A DNA stretch of 53,466 bases. Origin: Lentisphaeria bacterium (GTDB taxonomy: Bacteria > Verrucomicrobiota > Lentisphaeria > Victivallales > JAADHT01). Below are positions 48,271 to 53,466 of the stretch, one piece after another. The stretch's first letter is position 1; every line of letters starts with the position of its first letter. Where the stretch lies: the NCBI GenBank assembly GCA_015486135.1, contig WFSE01000009.1, forward strand, positions 1 to 53,466. Direction: 5' to 3'. The notes below the pieces were generated by a model, which did no database searches, was not told the origin of the DNA, and saw only the letters and a program-made list of their open reading frames with translations. The position numbers were made by a program, and so were the translations under genes.

Positions 48271-48479
48271 AAGACAACGGGGAGAAAGGGATGGCGTTGC
48301 TGGTGGTCATGTTGATCGCCGCCATGTTGGCGGCGGCCTTGGCCGCGGCGGTGCTCGCGCTTCATGCGCTTATGGCCCAGAATCAACTGGCTAAAAAAGA
48401 CTTGCGGACCCATGAAAAATCTATAAACGAACGGCAAGCCGATTTGTCCCCTCTCGAGCGCCCCATCCCGGTGGAGTGA
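48267..48479 (+). CDS. Small PilX/GspK-like minor pilin
   Basis: EKG-MALLVVMLIAAML, no Glu at +5; overlaps the previous stop. Confidence 0.7.
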   Translation: MKDNGEKGMALLVVMLIAAMLAAALAAAVLALHALMAQNQLAKKDLRTHEKSINERQADLSPLERPIPVE

Positions 48480-48480
48480 T

Positions 48481-48544
48481 TCTCCTAAAACCCTTGGAGC
48501 GGACTATTTTTTTGCACTTGCCAATTCCAGGAAAGCCGTAAACG
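48481..48544 (-). repeat. MITE-like repeat (internal fragment)
   Basis: AAACCCTTGGAGC...GCACTTGCCAATTCCAGGAAAGCCG matches 34538-34597. Confidence 0.7.
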
Positions 48545-48586
48545 TAAGAAGAAAAACGCTGTAAATGGGTGCGTTAAATCCAATTG

Positions 48587-48786
48587 TTTTCACCACGAAG
48601 CTCACAAAGCTCACGAAGGTTTTCCATCTCCGTCGACGGAGATGGAAAAGGCTTTCATGGGAGATAAGTCGATAGCGTCGGGATCGCAATTCTCTTCGGC
48701 GTTGTCGCATTGCCTTTACCCTAACATGCCGTTTCCGCGGAGCGGAAGCGGCATCTTCGTGAGCTTCGTGTCCTCTGTGGTGAAAA
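48587..48786. repeat. CACGAA-periodic inverted-repeat element with nested palindromes
   Basis: TTTTCACCACGAAGCTCACAAAGCTCACGAAG...CTTCGTGAGCTTCGTGTCCTCTGTGGTGAAAA; perfect 30-bp palindrome at 48620-48649. Confidence 0.8.
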
Positions 48787-48936
48787 TCCCCTTCCTACCG
48801 AGCTCCGCCCCCCTCCGCCTTCCGTAAATTTCCCGCCTTCAGTAACCTTATGGCGGGACAAGGCGGCGGGACATGTTGGGCTTTGCGAAAGGACGGGACG
48901 CTCCGCTAGCATGTCCCCGTGGTCGGGGTGCGCACG

Positions 48937-50934
48937 TCACTTGAATGCGACAGCCTCGCGCGATATCAGCTTTTTGCCGTATTTTTCGATTCCTTTCGCC
49001 AAGTTGTCGAAAAGATCCGCGGTTCCCTGTATCTTTTTCTTGATAAATGGTGTCAAGTATTTGGACATGCTTTTTGTTCTGGCACGTATGATGGCGGCGC
49101 GTCTTTTGCAGATTCCGGAGAGTTTTTTATAGCTTTTGGTGGCTTGATTAAACGCCATCTTGTTCCAAGCTTTACGTTTCGAGTCGTTTATGCCTGGGGA
49201 AAGCATGCGGTTAAGCTTTTTCGTGGCGGTGTTGTGTGCCGATAGCCATGATTTCACGTCAGAGGCGACATATTCGCATACTATGGGTTTATAGGGAGCG
49301 CGTCCCCACTTGACAGCCAGCGCCAGTATGGCCTCAAAACTTTTCTTGTCGGCTTCAATCTGTTTCGTCAGTTTTTTGTAGAGCTTCCATTTCATTGGAA
49401 CCCATTTCACGTCCGGAGCGATTCTATACGCGAACCGTCTGACTGTTTGGCAATTTGTCCCCTTTGTCGTCCAGTTGGCTTTTTCCACTTTCATTGTCGC
49501 GTATGTCGCTATGCCAACCACTTTCCCCCCCTTCGTGACGACCGGGCTGCCGCTGTTGCCTGGGACGAACTTGGCCGAAACCTCGATTCTATCGGGACCG
49601 ACTCCCAGGACTTTGCCGTAGAGAGTGGTGCACACTCCAGCTCCCCCGCTGTTGCCTAGAACGGCGACGGGGGCTTCGGCCGCGACTTCCGCGCCTGGAG
49701 TCAATGCGTCCGGACCATTGTATTTGGGAAGGGTGAATCTAATAATGTCGCGGGACGCGCTAACCTGCATGGGGCCTGGTTGCAATGCGCGGTTTGAAAG
49801 TGTTTTCGCCTTGAAGCTATCGCATCCGCTGACGACGTGTTGGTTGGTGTATAGGTAGTATTTGCCGTCGGAGTCCTTGACGATGAAGCCACTGCCGGCA
49901 GCTTCGGCGGATGTCGTGATTGTGACGAGAGCTTTGGATACCGCGTTGAATGGCAGGTCCAGTTCTTTTTCAACCTCCTTGGCCAGCTTTCGTTCATCCA
50001 CTTTGAGCTTTTCAGGTTTATTGTCGTTTTCCGCTGTCTTCTCCGAGGTAGGGGTGCTTTTTGTCGGCTTGGGGCGTTCCGACGGATGGACATCCTGCGC
50101 TCGGAGTTCTGCCATTAGTTTATCGAGTTTTTCATCGCTGTACTCGTCGTGTCCTATGCGGAGGGTTTCCAAGTGTTTGAGTCGGGATACAGGGGCTAGG
50201 TCAAGGTCTTTGTTGCCAGGCAATTTGAGCCCAGTGAGTTGCGCGTCTCCCCGCAGGAATTCCAGCGATTTTATTTTGAGATCTCTTATGTCAAGGCGTT
50301 TGACGTTTAATCTGCCCAACTCGGCAAGCCCGCTTGTGTCCTTTATCAATTCCTTGGAGGATAGTGTGATTTCCTTAGCGCTTCCCAATGTTTCCAAAAA
50401 ATTCAAGTTGTCAACATCTTCGGGCAGGCCTAACGTTAGCTTGTCGACGCGCAATCCGTACAATGAGGTTAGTGCATAGTTGTCTCCTCTGATTTCCAGT
50501 TCGCTTAAATTGGATATTTTCGTTAGAAAGCTCAAGTCTTCCAAGCTCTTGCAACGGAGAAGAGAGAGGGATTGCAAGTCTTTGAGTTGCTCCCAGCCTA
50601 TGGCCGACCAATCGACTGAGTCGCAAGAATAGAAGCTCAACTTAGATCCAATAAGGTCCGCCACCTCTGCTATCGAGAGTATGGGGGCTCTGGCAATCTG
50701 CAGATCCGTGGACTTGTCGTCATACCTGATTGCACCTATAAGGCATTCGGGGCTATAGCCGGGATTGTCTATCATCATTATCCTGTTGAATTTGTCAAAG
50801 AAGGGATTGGACGTTTTCCTATGAGAACGCGCCTGCGACGGTATGGCCATAGTTAGCCCGGTCGCGGCGATGATAGTTAACGCGGTGATTTTCAATCCTG
50901 AAGATGTTGGCAGCCGCCAATGCGTGGTAGTCAT
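48937..50934 (-). CDS. Exported leucine-rich-repeat plus trypsin-like serine protease
   Basis: Signal peptide; LxxLxL repeats; catalytic TNQHVV / RDII / PGNSGSP. Confidence 0.88.
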   Translation of the reverse strand: MTTTHWRLPTSSGLKITALTIIAATGLTMAIPSQARSHRKTSNPFFDKFNRIMMIDNPGYSPECLIGAIRYDDKSTDLQIARAPILSIAEVADLIGSKLSFYSCDSVDWSAIGWEQLKDLQSLSLLRCKSLEDLSFLTKISNLSELEIRGDNYALTSLYGLRVDKLTLGLPEDVDNLNFLETLGSAKEITLSSKELIKDTSGLAELGRLNVKRLDIRDLKIKSLEFLRGDAQLTGLKLPGNKDLDLAPVSRLKHLETLRIGHDEYSDEKLDKLMAELRAQDVHPSERPKPTKSTPTSEKTAENDNKPEKLKVDERKLAKEVEKELDLPFNAVSKALVTITTSAEAAGSGFIVKDSDGKYYLYTNQHVVSGCDSFKAKTLSNRALQPGPMQVSASRDIIRFTLPKYNGPDALTPGAEVAAEAPVAVLGNSGGAGVCTTLYGKVLGVGPDRIEVSAKFVPGNSGSPVVTKGGKVVGIATYATMKVEKANWTTKGTNCQTVRRFAYRIAPDVKWVPMKWKLYKKLTKQIEADKKSFEAILALAVKWGRAPYKPIVCEYVASDVKSWLSAHNTATKKLNRMLSPGINDSKRKAWNKMAFNQATKSYKKLSGICKRRAAIIRARTKSMSKYLTPFIKKKIQGTADLFDNLAKGIEKYGKKLISREAVAFK

Positions 50935-50956
50935 AGCTTTTATCCTTCCTTGTTTC

Positions 50957-51068
50957 AGACCCGCTGAATAATAGATTAGAGCTTAACTGTTATTGAGAGA
51001 TGCCTGTTTCCAGTGGTGTTATCTCCAAAGTTTTGGGAGGGATGATTCCCAATCCCTTGGAGGCGACT
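50957..51068 (-). repeat. MITE-like repeat (degenerate copy between the protease genes)
   Basis: AGACCCGCTGAATAAT...GCTTAA...TGGTGTTATCTCCAA...CCCTTGGAGGCGAC. Confidence 0.65.
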
Positions 51069-51092
51069 TTCATGTTATGCTGGGGGCGCATA

Positions 51093-52433
51093 TCACTTGA
51101 ACACGACGGCGTCGTGCGATGTCAGCTTCTTGCCGTATTTTTCTATTTCTTTTGCCAGACTGTCGAAAAGATCTGCGTTGTCCAGCATCTTTTTCTTGAG
51201 AAATGGCGTTAGGCATTTGGACATGCTTTTTATCCTGGCGCGTACGATGGCCGCGCGTCTTTTGCAGATTCCGGAGAGTTTTTTATAGCTTTTGGTGGAT
51301 TGGTTCAATGCCATTTTGTTCCAAGCTCTACGTTTCGATTCGCTAATACCCCGGGAAAGCACGCGGTCTAGCTTTTTCATAGCGGTGTTGTGCGCCGATA
51401 TCCATGATTTCACGTCCATGGCGGTGTGTTCGCATGCCATGGGTTTGTAGGGAGCGCGCACCCACTTGACGGCCAATGCCAGGATGGCGTCCAAACTTTC
51501 CTTGTCGGCGTTAATCTGTTTAGTCAGTTTTTTGTAGAGTTTCCATTTCATTGGAACCCATTTCACATCCGGAGCGATTCTATAGGCGAACCGCCTTACC
51601 TTTTGAAATCGTGTCCCCTTTGTCGTCCAATCGGCCTTTTCCACTTTCATTGTCGCGTATGTCGCGATTCCGATGACTTTTCCGCCTCTCGTGACAACGG
51701 GGCTGCCGCTGTTGCCCGGGACGAACTTGGCTGAAACCTCGATTCTATCGGGACCGACTCCCAGGACTTTGCCGTAGAGAGTGGTGCACACTCCGGCTCC
51801 GCCACTGTTGCCTAGCACGGCGACGGGATCTTCGGTCGCGGCTTCCGCGCTTGGAGCAAGTGCGTCCGGACCGTTGTATTTTGGAAGGATGAACCTAATA
51901 ATGTCTCGGGACGCGCTGACTTGCATGGGGCCTGGTTGCAACGTGCGGTTTGAAAGTGTTTTCGCCTTGAAGCTATTGCATCCGCTGACGACGTGCTGGT
52001 TGGTGTACAGGTAGTATTTGCCGTCGGAGTCCTTGACGATGAACCCGCTTCCCGCCGCCTTGGCCGAGGTGGTGATTGTGACTAGAGTTTTCGATATCGC
52101 GTCGAATGGCAGGTTCAGTTCTTTTTTTATTTCCTCGAGCAGCTTTTTCCCATCCGCTTCCGGCTTTTCGTCTTTATCGTTGTTTGAGGCTTTGTCGTTT
52201 TTTGGAGCGGCCTCTGTTGTCTCGCTAGTATCAACTTTCAGCGGGGAGGGATTGTCGTTCTCGCGGAGTTCCGCCACTTCTTCCGGAGATTTGTCAACGA
52301 GGGAGGTGGACGTTTTCCTGTGCGAACGCGCTTGCGACGGTATGGCCATAGCCAGTACGATTACGGCGGCGATGGTTGACATGGCGATTTTCAATCCCGA
52401 AGATGTGGCTAGCCGCCAATGCGTAGTGGTCAT
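51093..52433 (-). CDS. Exported trypsin-like serine protease (paralogue without LRR)
   Basis: Same leader and catalytic triad as 48937-50934. Confidence 0.88.
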   Translation of the reverse strand: MTTTHWRLATSSGLKIAMSTIAAVIVLAMAIPSQARSHRKTSTSLVDKSPEEVAELRENDNPSPLKVDTSETTEAAPKNDKASNNDKDEKPEADGKKLLEEIKKELNLPFDAISKTLVTITTSAKAAGSGFIVKDSDGKYYLYTNQHVVSGCNSFKAKTLSNRTLQPGPMQVSASRDIIRFILPKYNGPDALAPSAEAATEDPVAVLGNSGGAGVCTTLYGKVLGVGPDRIEVSAKFVPGNSGSPVVTRGGKVIGIATYATMKVEKADWTTKGTRFQKVRRFAYRIAPDVKWVPMKWKLYKKLTKQINADKESLDAILALAVKWVRAPYKPMACEHTAMDVKSWISAHNTAMKKLDRVLSRGISESKRRAWNKMALNQSTKSYKKLSGICKRRAAIVRARIKSMSKCLTPFLKKKMLDNADLFDSLAKEIEKYGKKLTSHDAVVFK

Positions 52434-52613
52434 TTCATCTCTCCCTTGTTTAGTCCCAAGTCAGTGGTTGGTTCTACGGTTGGGCTTGTCTTCAAGTCTG
52501 TAATTCCACGCTCCCTAGTGGGATTGCCCGGATTTACGGATATGAAAGAGGCAAAAGCCGAACCCGTCGCTACACGCGTGGAATATACCTTCCACCTATT
52601 TGAAAAACAAGCT

Positions 52614-52722
52614 GGGATTGCTGAATAATTGGCGAGTTGTCATTATTGGATTACGATTTTCTCCTAAAGGCGTTGTGTTAAAGGTTTAATTTGAGGCATT
52701 TGCCAATTATTCAGCAGCTCCC
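52614..52722. repeat. MITE-like repeat with two inverted termini
   Basis: GGGATTGCTGAATAATTGGC...TTGAGGCATTTGCCAATTATTCAGCAGCTCCC. Confidence 0.7.
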
Positions 52723-52790
52723 GAGGTGTGAGATAAAGATATTGGACTATTGGGGTCATACATACGCTATTGGCTTTTATTGCGAATATG

Positions 52791-53201
52791 CTATATTGCT
52801 AGTGTTATGGATTGAAAAGCGGGAGGTCGGAGTGGCGATGCCGTTAAGAACCGAGGAGGACTTGGGGCAGGATTAACAAGCCCCCCTTTCGGCTTCCGGC
52901 GGCGGGCTGACAAGGGCGAGGGATGGAGGAGGGATGCAAAGCATAATAGGCTGGGTGAACTGGGAAGGGGAAGCCGAATTGTGAATTTCGCATCGCCTTT
53001 GAACTGATGGACTTTCCGGTAGGCGACCACAAACGTCTCCTGTGTGATATCCAGCGTATCCTCCTCGTTCAGTACCACTCGGAAGACCACCTTTTTTACC
53101 AGCCCGAAATATTCGTCAACCACCGCTCGGAAGCTATCGTGCGAACGATCCTCCAGAAATTTTCCTACGGCTTGGCCCTCAGACTTCCATTTAGTTCCCA
53201 A
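52791..53201 (-). pseudogene. Truncated ECF sigma-70 factor (region 2 only)
   Basis: FRAVVDEY...EEDTLDITQETFVVAYRKVHQFKGDAKFT, then homology is lost at ~52980; no region 4. Confidence 0.75.
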
Positions 53202-53466
53202 TCGCTCCCTCCTCCAGTGGCCTCCCGCATGCGCGGGGTTGTCGAATGATTTTCAACGCTTTTATTTCCATAATGTTTAAGTCGGTTTTTATCGCTTGTC
53301 AATGAGCAAGTCCGAAACGGTGTCCTTTCCTGTTTTTTCAGTGAGCCCCGTGTCTAGGAGCGCCGCCGCGTTACGTTCCTTCATTTCATTTGACGCGGTT
53401 TTCGCGGAAATCTTTTATGAAAGAGTCGATTTTTTCCGAAAAATATCCTCGGGGGGGGTAGGGAAG

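Noticed and set aside
1-53466. CRISPR array or cas genes
   Set aside because: No regularly spaced identical repeats with unique spacers; the repeats are dispersed or palindromic; no Cas motifs recognised.

Overview
A 53.5-kb bacterial chromosomal window. The gene inventory (lpxB, sulfatase, PQQ-like beta-propeller, DWG-type Ser/Thr kinase, HEAT-repeat protein, long-tailed RAYT) suggests a diderm of the PVC superphylum; this is inference only. The first ~32 kb is mostly housekeeping: rsmE, leuB, tRNA-Lys(CTT), CCA enzyme, hisC, aroQ-accB-accC-asp23, gmhA-uppS-cdsA, rsmB, yicC, lpxB. It is interrupted by a REP-associated HUH (RAYT-type) transposase bounded by a perfect 18-bp inverted repeat. 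The last ~21 kb is accessory. It holds an orphan CuA cupredoxin plus an RnfD-like membrane gene, a KilA-N gene, and a cusBA plus kinase block bracketed by direct repeats. It also holds a minimal type IV filament/T2SS-like cluster with three GspF/PilC paralogues, a stripped-down ATPase and three pilin-like genes, followed by two paralogous trypsin-like proteases (one with an LRR insert) and a truncated ECF sigma factor. Intergenic DNA contains several palindromic repeat families, including about 12 full or partial copies of a structured MITE-like element. I saw no CRISPR array or rRNA. All calls come from reading motifs by eye; no database search was run.
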